Part shown: positions 51,016 to 59,133 of the stretch, in pieces | How the letters are laid out: each line of letters opens with the position of its first letter | How positions within the stretch are numbered: the first letter of the stretch is position 1 | NCBI GenBank assembly: GCA_946610035.1 | Contig: CAMOCC010000006.1 | Coordinates: 1-59,133 of the forward strand | Length of the DNA stretch: 59,133 bases | Direction: 5' to 3' | Origin: an uncultured Verrucomicrobiota bacterium | GTDB lineage: Bacteria > Verrucomicrobiota > Kiritimatiellia > RFP12 > UBA1067 | Notes under the pieces: generated by a model | What the model was told of the DNA's origin: nothing | Database searches by the model: none | What the model saw: the letters and a program-made list of their open reading frames with translations, nothing else | Made by a program: the position numbers and the translations under genes

Positions 51016-51821
51016 ATGACAAAATTCCGTTTAGGAATCGCCTGCGTAGCAGCGATAGTGGTTGTGGCCGTTGTGGTAGTTTCGTCGAGCAATCGCAGTA
51101 AGTTTGGAATTATGCCGGAAGTGCTGGTGGCGCAGACGCCAGCCGAGGTACGCATTAAGTCTGTGGCGCGGAAGGCGGAGCCGGTGTCGGAGGGCGAGGA
51201 GGCTGCGGTGTCGGGTGCCGTCGCGATTGTGTGTGGCATTGACAAGGCGACCGCCGACCGCTACGAGGCGCGGAACGACACCCTCAGGTCGATTGCGCGG
51301 CGCTGATGGCGTATCTGCGCAGGGCGGATGATGCGATGCGGGTCGAGCGAGTGGCTGCGCTTAAGAATGACGTGATGAATTTGTTGCGGCGTCAGGAGCC
51401 GATGGTGGAAGGATTAGCGGAGACGTTGATGGCGATGATAGATGGACGACCCGTTGCAGGGTTTGGTCGGACAGGTAGGGCTGGCGTTCCACCGCCAGCC
51501 GCGGACGGCGATGGAACGCCGTCCCTACCGGCGCGGTCACGTGATACGGACGGCGATGGAACGCCGTCCCTACCGGACGACACTGTACATCCGCCGGCTG
51601 TGATCGACTACTGTATTCAGCATTTGGGGGCGATGGTGAACGAGTTGGGCGACGCAACGCGAGTCGGCGCGCTCGGTGATCGCGCCCTACCAGATGGCGG
51701 AGCGCGTGGAGTGCTCGTCAGGGCGGCACGCGAGAAGACTAAGCCATACGCCGGGACTGCGCTTTATTCGCTTGCGGAGGACAAGCGCGCGACGCACGGG
51801 AAGTGGCGATCAAGCGGATAA
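51016..51821 (+). pseudogene. Split/frameshifted secreted helical protein gene carrying in-frame REPs
   Basis: The signal-anchor ORF ends at 51306 where the next ORF begins (TGATG); the 3' end appears truncated. Confidence 0.5.
51475..51692. repeat. GTAG-type REP units inside ORF 51306..51821
   Basis: GGTAGGGCTGGCGTTCCACCGCCAGCC, two copies of GGACGGCGATGGAACGCCGTCCCTACC, and GGCGCGCTCGGTGATCGCGCCCTACC. Confidence 0.85.
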
Positions 51822-52033
51822 ATATGAGCGGCATCTATGACTGTCAACAGGGCTGGAGTGTCCGTGTTGACTGGGGGAAGCGGTCCCCTATGCATAGGGA
51901 TCCTATCGGCAGATGCCGCCGCGCTGAAGTCTTTTGCATGATCTCTTGCGTTGTTGCGGGATTACAGGATGGGCGTTGGTATCCGTTTGGGGTATATACT
52001 TCAGATGGTGAAAATGAGATAATGGAGACAGAT

Positions 52034-52240
52034 ATGAAAAGGCTATCTTCATTTCGGTTTCTGGTGTCCGCGGCGGCAGCGATGCCCGCGCTTGCGGCTA
52101 TTGTGCGTTGTCCGCTTTTCGCTGACGATGCTGTCGGCGTCGTGCAGGTCGGCCCCACGACGAACGACGTCACGACCGCACAGATGCCTTTCACGCCGAT
52201 GGGAGAGTCAAAATTTCAAAACTGGCAGTTGCGTTGTTAG
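52034..52240 (+). pseudogene. 5' fragment of a secreted protein
   Basis: GGAG RBS and signal-peptide-like start; host-like GC switches abruptly to AT-rich sequence at ~52205. Confidence 0.4.
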
Positions 52241-52303
52241 GCAAATTTTTGATAGAATACTGCACCAAATATTAAAAACCGATAAGATCAAACGTGCGAA
52301 TTA

Positions 52304-52441
52304 ATGATTCGAATCAAAATATGCGCCTTGCTAGCTGCGGTTGCCATGGCGTGGTCTTTGGAGGCCGCCAGTGTGGGTAACTCGTTGGGTACAATGCGTA
52401 TGGGAAATATCATTGTCAATATTACAAAGAATCCCATGTGA
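52304..52441 (+). pseudogene. 45-aa signal-peptide ORF, probably truncated
   Basis: MIRIKICALLAAVAMAWSLEAASV..., then an early stop. Confidence 0.35.
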
Positions 52442-52465
52442 AAACGCCGATTTTAGGGGATAAAC

Positions 52466-53356
52466 ATGAAGCTTATCAGTAATAGAATTCATATCCTTGC
52501 ATGGTGTGCTTTTTTATGGTGGTCTAATGTAGAAGTGCATGCCGTCACACCGTTCAGTGCTGCCGCAAGTAATATACGAGAATCCATCGTGGCATCCATC
52601 GCGAGATATCCGACAAATGTCAGTTTCTCGGTGATATACGTGCTTCCAATACATTTTCATCGTTGCGAAACTGTATTTCCGTCGGCCTGGCGATTCGGGC
52701 TTCAGGATGTGGAGAGCATTATTGATTCTCGTTGGGCGGATGGATTGAGAGTCCCAGAGCAAGAGCGCGATCTTTTGTTTCTCTATGAGTCAAATCGGCA
52801 TGCTTCCATCGATATGAATTTTTGCCCATCAGAATATTTTGGTGCTTATGCGTTTGAACTAAGATCCTGCCGAATTGTGTTTTTGACTTGGCGTGGAAAA
52901 CCTGATAGAAGGAGATACGATTCGCGTGAACTGGTACCTGGGCGACAACTAGAAGTCCCATATGAGGACTTTTGGCGTTACAAGGGCATTGATAAAACCA
53001 TGCATTTGCGCGCTTTCCGGGATAGAGCGTTTGCAATGTGCGACGGAGGGGCCTTTGAGGTAGACTATGAAAGTGCAGTGAGGGTTGTATGTGCGGCCAA
53101 ATCTACACGTGTTGGTTGTAGCGCCTTGCCTGAACCGGATAAGAAAGCATGGAAAAGTCAGTCGTATGGTAATGACGTCGAATTGAATTCTCGTGAAATT
53201 TCCGAAATCGTATATTGGCTGTGGAAACGCGACGGGAAAGTCGGTAAGTATCCGGAGTTGTGCAAACGGCATCCCGAACTGTTCGAGCCGATAAGCGGGC
53301 TGGATGATTTCAAAACCGAGATAGGCCGCATGCTGGTTGAACGCAGCAAACAATGA
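52466..53356 (+). CDS. Hypothetical secreted protein (island cargo)
   Basis: 296-aa ORF, low GC, signal peptide ending VHA. Confidence 0.65.
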   Translation: MKLISNRIHILAWCAFLWWSNVEVHAVTPFSAAASNIRESIVASIARYPTNVSFSVIYVLPIHFHRCETVFPSAWRFGLQDVESIIDSRWADGLRVPEQERDLLFLYESNRHASIDMNFCPSEYFGAYAFELRSCRIVFLTWRGKPDRRRYDSRELVPGRQLEVPYEDFWRYKGIDKTMHLRAFRDRAFAMCDGGAFEVDYESAVRVVCAAKSTRVGCSALPEPDKKAWKSQSYGNDVELNSREISEIVYWLWKRDGKVGKYPELCKRHPELFEPISGLDDFKTEIGRMLVERSKQ

Positions 53357-53423
53357 ACGGCCGGTGCCTGAAATTGTCGGCTAACATAGCCGCGTTGGCG
53401 ATTTTCACGTTCGCCGTGTGGCT

Positions 53424-53656
53424 ACAGGGTCAGACATGGTTGCCACAGTAAAATGCCACACTAACAAGAGATAGGGATGTGATATTAGACATGAGACGTA
53501 GCCGGGCAAATCTTCCTAACCGATGCTGTCGCCAGATCGACCGCATTGCCTATCGCGCGTTTGATGGTAAGCAATCGATGGATCGAGAGGGGCGCGCCGC
53601 TACGACAGGGAATACTTACTGTGGCAATCTACTGTGGCAATCATGTCTGACCCTGT
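53424..53656 (+). mobile_element. 233-bp MITE-like Y1 transposase remnant, copy 2
   Basis: Same TIRs, length and orientation as 49965-50197; diverged interior (MRRSRANLPNRCCRQIDRIAYRAF). Confidence 0.75.
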
Positions 53657-53675
53657 TGGCTCCCATTCGCCCCCA

Positions 53676-53997
53676 TGGAGACGCGGCTTCCAGCCGCGTT
53701 ATACTAGCGACTGAGCGGCGACCGAACATGGAGACGCGGCTTCCAGCCGCGTCAAGTCGCTAAAGCAGTCGCAGACCAATCACTTGATTAACGCGGCTGG
53801 AAGCCGCGTCTCCAAACTAACCCCCTCCTCCCTCTTTCCCATTTCCCATTGGCTGTTTCCACAATTCCGTAATTCCACAATTCCATTCCCCATTCCCCGT
53901 TAGCACCCCTATGGAGACGCGGCTTCCAGCCGCGTCAAGTCGCTAAAGCAGTCGTAGACCAATCACTTGATTGACTCGGCTGGAAGCCGCGTCTCCA
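53676..53997. repeat. REP mosaic: 5 copies of the 24-bp hairpin
   Basis: Copies at 53676+, 53729+, 53791-, 53912+, 53974- (1 mismatch); linkers are reverse complements of the left-mosaic linkers. Confidence 0.92.
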
Positions 53998-54125
53998 AAT
54001 CACCCCTCTTCCTCCCCCTCTGGCTATTCCACCCCGAAGACCTATGGCGGTATATGTACGATGTGAAGATGCTGGCAAATTAACGCATCCTTGCATAAAT
54101 CTTCCGGTGCATCCCGCCCCGCCCG
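53998..54125 (-). repeat. Right terminal inverted repeat of nested island
   Basis: Reverse complement of 49245-49369. Confidence 0.92.
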
Positions 54126-54190
54126 ATGTCTTCTTCTTCGTCTTCGTCGGGCTTGCCGAGCGACCGTAAATGTGATAAAATTCTCTCATT

Positions 54191-55600
54191 ATGAAAAAGA
54201 TATTCCTTGTTGCCGTGATCATGGCCTCTTGCGGACTCCTTGCCAAGGAGCCCAAGTACATATTCCTCTTCATCGGGGACGGTATGTCCACGCCCCAGCG
54301 GATGATCGCCGAGGAATTCTCCAGAAAGGCCGGGACCGGGTCGCTTGCGATGAACGCGATGCCGTACCAGGCGACGACGCGCACGTGCTCCGCGAGTTCA
54401 CTCGTCACCGACTCGGCGGCGGCTGCGACGGCGATCGCCTGCGGAGTGAAGACCTACAACGGCGCGCTTGGGGTGGACGCAGCCGGGAAGCGGGCGGTAT
54501 CCTGCGCGGAGGCGGCCAAGAAGGCGGGACGCAAGGTAGGGATCCTGTCGACTGTCACGATCACACACGCGACGCCCGGCGGGTTCTATGCGCACCGCAA
54601 GAACCGCGGCGAGACGTACGGCATCGCCATCGACCTTGCGAACTCGGGCTTCGACCTCTTCGCGGGCGGCGGACTCGATACGCACGTGTCGAAGTCCGAG
54701 AAGCACCCCGAGTTCGCCAAGTGCGGCGAGGCGTACGAGTACGCGAAGAAGCGCGGCTACAGGATCGTCACGAAGCGCAACGAGTTCCTCGCGCTCAAGC
54801 CCGGTGGCGGGAAGATCCTGACGAAGTTCAAGAACGGCGCCCTGGAGACTTCCATCGACAGGACGGACGACATCAACGAGCCCACGCTGGCCGAGCTCGT
54901 GTCCAAGGCGGTCGAGCTGCTGGAGGGGCCGCAGGGCTTCTTCATCATGGCCGAGGGCGGGCGCATCGACTGGGCCGGGCACGCCAACGACGCCGCGACG
55001 AACCTCCGCGACGTCCTCGCGCTCGACGAGGCCGTGAAGGTCGCGCTCGGGTTCCTCGACCGCCATCCCGACGAGACGCTCGTCGTCGTGACGGGCGACC
55101 ACGAGACCGGCGGACTCTCCATGGGCTTCGCGGCGACTGGCTACGCGCTGTACATGGACCGCCTCGCCAACCAGACGATGAGCGTCGGCAATTTCGAGGG
55201 GAAGTTCTCCCGCAGGGTCAACGACGGACGCATCAAGACCTTCGACGAGGCGAAGGAGCTTATGACGCGTGCATTCGGCTTCAAGTTTGAAGGCGACAGG
55301 GAGAAGGACCCGATGGTCCTCTCCAAGGAGGAGCTTGCTGACATCCGCAAGGCGTTCGACCACGACATGGAGTTCTACAAGGCGAAGGTCGTGGAGAACA
55401 CGAAGTACGACGGCGAGAGGCGCTACCTGCTCGGCGGCGCGTGCCGCCTCGTCATGTCTCACAAGAGCGGCATCGGCTGGAGCTCGGGCGCGCACACGGC
55501 CATGCCCGTGCTCACGACGGCGAAGGGCGTCAAGGCGGACCTTTTCTCGGGATTCATCGAGAACACCGACATCTCCGCCAAGATCAAGTCGCTCCTGTGA
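54191..55600 (+). CDS. Alkaline phosphatase
   Basis: FIGDGM, TDSAAAATA (catalytic Ser), HATP, EGGRIDWAGH, TGDHETGG. Confidence 0.93.
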   Translation: MKKIFLVAVIMASCGLLAKEPKYIFLFIGDGMSTPQRMIAEEFSRKAGTGSLAMNAMPYQATTRTCSASSLVTDSAAAATAIACGVKTYNGALGVDAAGKRAVSCAEAAKKAGRKVGILSTVTITHATPGGFYAHRKNRGETYGIAIDLANSGFDLFAGGGLDTHVSKSEKHPEFAKCGEAYEYAKKRGYRIVTKRNEFLALKPGGGKILTKFKNGALETSIDRTDDINEPTLAELVSKAVELLEGPQGFFIMAEGGRIDWAGHANDAATNLRDVLALDEAVKVALGFLDRHPDETLVVVTGDHETGGLSMGFAATGYALYMDRLANQTMSVGNFEGKFSRRVNDGRIKTFDEAKELMTRAFGFKFEGDREKDPMVLSKEELADIRKAFDHDMEFYKAKVVENTKYDGERRYLLGGACRLVMSHKSGIGWSSGAHTAMPVLTTAKGVKADLFSGFIENTDISAKIKSLL

Positions 55601-56736
55601 AACCCGCCGCGCCAAGATTCACCCGCAAGGGCGTTGCGGACGCCGTCGTCATCCTCGCCCTCGCAGCATTCTCCGTGTGGCTCTGGATGAAGCCGGGGCC
55701 GAGCCCGCTCATAGACACGGGCGGGATGCGGACGGTCCGCGCCGAGGTGCTGGAGGTCGACGACTCCGGGATTCAGCTGCACGGGCTCATCGAGTTCGGA
55801 ACTCAGATGCTGAAGGTGCGGCTGCCGGACGGGACTGTCGCGGACGCGGCGAACGAACTCAGGGCGCAGCTTGAGCTGGACAAGAAGTTCCGCCCGGGCG
55901 ACACTGCGCTCGTCCTTGTCCCGAGGGCGGGTCCGCCGACGGACGTGCTCGTTGCGCGCGACCACTGGAGGCTTGGCTGGGCCGGGGTCCTCTTCGCCCT
56001 CTTCGCTCTGTCCCTCGCCGTATTCGGCGGTGCGACGGGGCTGAGGGCGCTTTTCACGTTCGTCTTCAGCTGCCTCGCGATATGGAAGCTCCTGGTGCCG
56101 TCCGTCCTCACCGGCTGCAGCGCGACTGCGGCGTCGTTCACCACTGTCGCGGGGCTGACCGCGGCGATCGTGTTCCTCGTCGCCGGTTTCACGAGGAAGG
56201 GGGTGTCCGCCTTTGCGGGTGCGATGCTCGGCGTGGTCGCGTCCCTCGCCCTTGCGGAGTTCTTCGCGCGCGTCGTGCACGTGAACGGGGCGACGATGCC
56301 GTTTTCGCAGCAGCTGCTGTACGCGGGTTGTCCGGGGATGGACCTTGCGGACGTATTCACGGGCGCGGCGATACTCGCCTCGTCGGGGGCGGTCATGGAC
56401 CTTGCCATGGACATCGCGGCGGGCGTTGCCGAGGTGAAGCGCCACAATGCGTCGCTTGGCGCGAGGGAGCTGTTCGGGTCCGGCATGCGGATCGGGCGGT
56501 CCGTCGTCGGCACTATGACGACGACGCTGCTGCTCGCCTATTCGGGCGGATACCTCACGCTCCTCATGGTGTTTGCGGCGGAGGGGACGAGGCCATTGGA
56601 CTTCCTCAATTCGACGCTTGTGTCGGCTGAACTCGTTAAGACGCTTGTCGGGAGCTTCGGCCTCGTACTCGTCGCGCCATTCACGGCGTTCGTCTCCGCC
56701 GTCGTGTTCACGTGGAAGGGGAGGCCCGGGGAGTAG
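55597..56736 (+). CDS. YibE/F family membrane protein
   Basis: GAVMDLAMDI, GTMTTTLLLAYSG; multi-TM; GTG start overlaps the upstream stop. Confidence 0.88.
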   Translation: MKPAAPRFTRKGVADAVVILALAAFSVWLWMKPGPSPLIDTGGMRTVRAEVLEVDDSGIQLHGLIEFGTQMLKVRLPDGTVADAANELRAQLELDKKFRPGDTALVLVPRAGPPTDVLVARDHWRLGWAGVLFALFALSLAVFGGATGLRALFTFVFSCLAIWKLLVPSVLTGCSATAASFTTVAGLTAAIVFLVAGFTRKGVSAFAGAMLGVVASLALAEFFARVVHVNGATMPFSQQLLYAGCPGMDLADVFTGAAILASSGAVMDLAMDIAAGVAEVKRHNASLGARELFGSGMRIGRSVVGTMTTTLLLAYSGGYLTLLMVFAAEGTRPLDFLNSTLVSAELVKTLVGSFGLVLVAPFTAFVSAVVFTWKGRPGE

Positions 56737-56740
56737 CCAA

Positions 56741-58717
56741 ATGGAAGGAATCTTCAAGCTCAAGTCGAAGTTCAGGCCCACGGGAGACCAGCCCGAGGCG
56801 ATACAGGCGCTGTACGACGGATTGAAGCGCGGCGAGGACCGCCTGGTGCTGCAGGGCGTGACGGGGAGCGGCAAGACGTTCACGATGGCGAACCTCATTG
56901 CGAAGTGGAACCGTCCGACGCTCATACTCTCCCACAACAAGACGCTTGCGGCGCAGCTCTTCTCCGAGCTGAAGGAGTTCTTCCCAGAGAACGCCGTCGA
57001 GTATTTCATCTCCTACTACGACTACTACCAGCCGGAGGCGTACATCCCCCAGACCGACACCTACATCGAGAAGGACGCGTCGATCAACGATGAGATAGAG
57101 CGCTACCGCCTTGCGGCGACGAACGCGCTCATCGCGCGGCGGGACGTGATCGTCGTCTCGTCAGTAAGCTGCATATACGGACTCGGCGAATCTGACGAGT
57201 ACCGCGACCTCGCCGTGCGCATCGCACCGGGCGCGGTGGGCGCGGACGGAGCGCCGCTTACGAGGTCCGCGCTGATCGCCCGCCTCGTCGAGGCGCAGTA
57301 CACGCGCAACGACTACGACTTCGCGCCGGGCGTCTTCAGGGTCAGGGGCGACGTCGTCGACATCTTCCCCGCATACGAGACCAAGGCGATAAGGGTCGAG
57401 TTCTTCGGCGACGACATAGACTCGCTGAGGGAGCTGGACCCGCTTACGGGGAAATGCGGCGTCGCGCTTCCGGCGGCGGTTGTCACGCCCGCCAAGCAGT
57501 TCGTCATGGGCAAGGACAAGTTCAACGCGGCGTTCGCCAGGATAGAGGCGGAGCTTGACGAGAGGCTCAAGTACTTCGCCTCGAAGAACAAGCTGCTGGA
57601 GGCGCAGAGGCTGAGGGAGCGGACTGTGTACGACATCGAGATGATGCGCGAGCTCGGCTACTGCAACGGGATTGAGAATTACTCGCGCCCGCTCTCCGGG
57701 CGCGCGCCAGGCAGTGCGCCGGAGTGCCTCATCGACTACTTCCCGGACGACTTCCTCACGATAATCGACGAAAGCCACGTGTCCGTCCCGCAGATACGTG
57801 CGATGTACAACGGCGACCAGGCGCGCAAGGACAAGCTCGTCGAGTACGGGTTCCGCCTGCCGAGCGCGAAGGACAACCGTCCGCTTAAGTTCGAAGAGTT
57901 CAACAGGAAGGTCCACCAGATAGTGTACTGTTCGGCGACGCCCGGCGACTACGAATACGAGCAGTCGAAGACGGTCGCGGAGCAGGTGATACGTCCGACG
58001 GGCCTCCTCGACCCGGTGATAGAGATGCGTCCGCTCGCGAACCAGATAGACGACCTCATCGCCGAGGCGCGGAAGGTCGCGGCGGAGGGCGACCGCATAT
58101 TCGTGACGACGCTTACGAAGCGCAGTGCGGAGGACCTCACGCACTACCTGCGCGAGACGGGCATACGCGTCGAATACCTCCACAGCGACATAGACGCGAT
58201 AGAGCGCGTGGAGATACTGCAGCGGCTCAGGAAGGGCGAGTTCGACGTCCTCGTCGGCATCAACCTCCTGAGGGAGGGGCTGGACCTCCCCGAGGTCGCA
58301 CTCGTCGCGATACTGGATGCTGACAAGGAGGGCTTCCTCCGCTCCACGACGTCCCTCGTCCAGACTGCGGGCCGCACGGCGCGTCATGTGAAGGGGCGGG
58401 TCATCCTGTACGCCGACCACAAGACGGACGCGATACGCGATCTCCTCCGCATCACGAAGGCGCACAGGGACAAGCAGATCGCCTACAACGAGGCGCACGG
58501 CATAACGCCGAAATCAGTCAAAAGGGCGATCACCGAGTCGACGTACCTCTTCAAGTCGGCGAAGGACGCTGCGGCGTCCGCAATCCCGCAGATGCCGGAG
58601 GGCGAGGAGCTCCTCGAGGAGTTGCAGCGCGAGATGCTGGAGGCGGCGGACAAGCTGGAGTTCGAGCGCGCAGCCTTCCTCCGCGACCAGATCAAGAAGC
58701 TCAAGAAGAAAGCATGA
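56741..58717 (+). CDS. uvrB: Excinuclease ABC subunit B
   Basis: GDQP, GVTGSGKT, YYDYYQPEAY, DESH, LLREGLD, C-terminal UVR domain. Confidence 0.98.
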   Translation: MEGIFKLKSKFRPTGDQPEAIQALYDGLKRGEDRLVLQGVTGSGKTFTMANLIAKWNRPTLILSHNKTLAAQLFSELKEFFPENAVEYFISYYDYYQPEAYIPQTDTYIEKDASINDEIERYRLAATNALIARRDVIVVSSVSCIYGLGESDEYRDLAVRIAPGAVGADGAPLTRSALIARLVEAQYTRNDYDFAPGVFRVRGDVVDIFPAYETKAIRVEFFGDDIDSLRELDPLTGKCGVALPAAVVTPAKQFVMGKDKFNAAFARIEAELDERLKYFASKNKLLEAQRLRERTVYDIEMMRELGYCNGIENYSRPLSGRAPGSAPECLIDYFPDDFLTIIDESHVSVPQIRAMYNGDQARKDKLVEYGFRLPSAKDNRPLKFEEFNRKVHQIVYCSATPGDYEYEQSKTVAEQVIRPTGLLDPVIEMRPLANQIDDLIAEARKVAAEGDRIFVTTLTKRSAEDLTHYLRETGIRVEYLHSDIDAIERVEILQRLRKGEFDVLVGINLLREGLDLPEVALVAILDADKEGFLRSTTSLVQTAGRTARHVKGRVILYADHKTDAIRDLLRITKAHRDKQIAYNEAHGITPKSVKRAITESTYLFKSAKDAAASAIPQMPEGEELLEELQREMLEAADKLEFERAAFLRDQIKKLKKKA

Positions 58718-58737
58718 GCAGTTCGATTCCCCGATTG

Positions 58738-59112
58738 GGTGCGCCGATATATTTATGCAGTGCCAAACGTCGCTGCATAGTCTATGTTGTCATGTTTTGC
58801 GCTTCGCGGGACCACGAATCTTGGCAGGGGGTTGCGTCGCTCCGCGACGCAACAAGGAAGGGCGTGGAGCAGTTGACTAGAAAGTCATTTTCCATTCGCT
58901 TTTCTCGCGCGCTCCCGATTCTTTTGATTCTGTGCGATAGCTGCGAATGTCCGTCGCGGGATGCGCCCGCGCCGAAGGCGTCGGGTTGGGTGAGCGCGTA
59001 GCGCGAACTGCGAAGCAGCCGCAAGGCCCCGCGCGACGGACCCCCTGTAGGGTGGCCCTGTAGTGAACGGATCGCTTGCAGGGGGTTGCGTCGCTCCGCG
59101 ACGCAACAAGGA
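58738..59112. repeat. Repeat element related to 24947-25172, with two REP hairpins and a multi-hairpin core
   Basis: atttatg...tgcatagt...accacgaatcttggcagggg shared with 24962-25030; GTTGCGTCGCTCCGCGACGCAAC at ~58831 and ~59085. Confidence 0.8.
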
Positions 59113-59133
59113 AGTCCCAACCGCAATTGGGAG

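Noticed and set aside
49890-52245. Integron attC sites (GCCTAAC at ~49891, GTTAGGC at ~52236)
   Set aside because: The two half-sites are 2.3 kb apart, there are no paired L/R boxes after each cargo gene, and no integron integrase is present.
58736-58765. dif/Xer site (GGTGCGC...TTATG)
   Set aside because: Spacing does not fit 11-6-11 and the XerD arm does not match TTATGTTAAAT.

Overview
GC-rich bacterial chromosomal segment. Gene content (long GreA, type 2 IleRS, PEP-CTERM/exosortase, AdhE, sensory [FeFe] hydrogenase) suggests an anaerobic PVC-superphylum organism, possibly Kiritimatiellae; this is inference only. Most of the window is housekeeping or metabolic: surface-polysaccharide genes, pdxK, serA, pyrG, greA-dksA-lspA-miaA-ileS-thiGH, fabHFZ-hisD, nadC-coaX, alkaline phosphatase, uvrB. 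It also holds an adhE-kinase-ferredoxin-sensory hydrogenase-phosphatase operon with no catalytic hydrogenase. The most unusual signal is non-coding: several families of palindromic repeats bound and reshape accessory DNA. (1) A nested ~4.9-kb island (49245-54125): ~125-bp inverted ends, mosaics of 12 copies of a 24-bp hairpin REP, two 233-bp MITE-like remnants of a Y1/RAYT transposase, and an AT-richer cargo of secreted-protein genes and fragments. Related end motifs recur at 24947-25172 (no cargo) and 58738 onward. (2) A DUF2975/HTH/VIT-PEP-CTERM/exosortase cassette between 124-bp direct repeats. (3) Palindromic repeats lying in frame inside hisD, a pyruvyltransferase, ileS and a cargo ORF. 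No rRNA, tRNA or CRISPR array was seen. All calls come from reading the sequence; no database searches were run.
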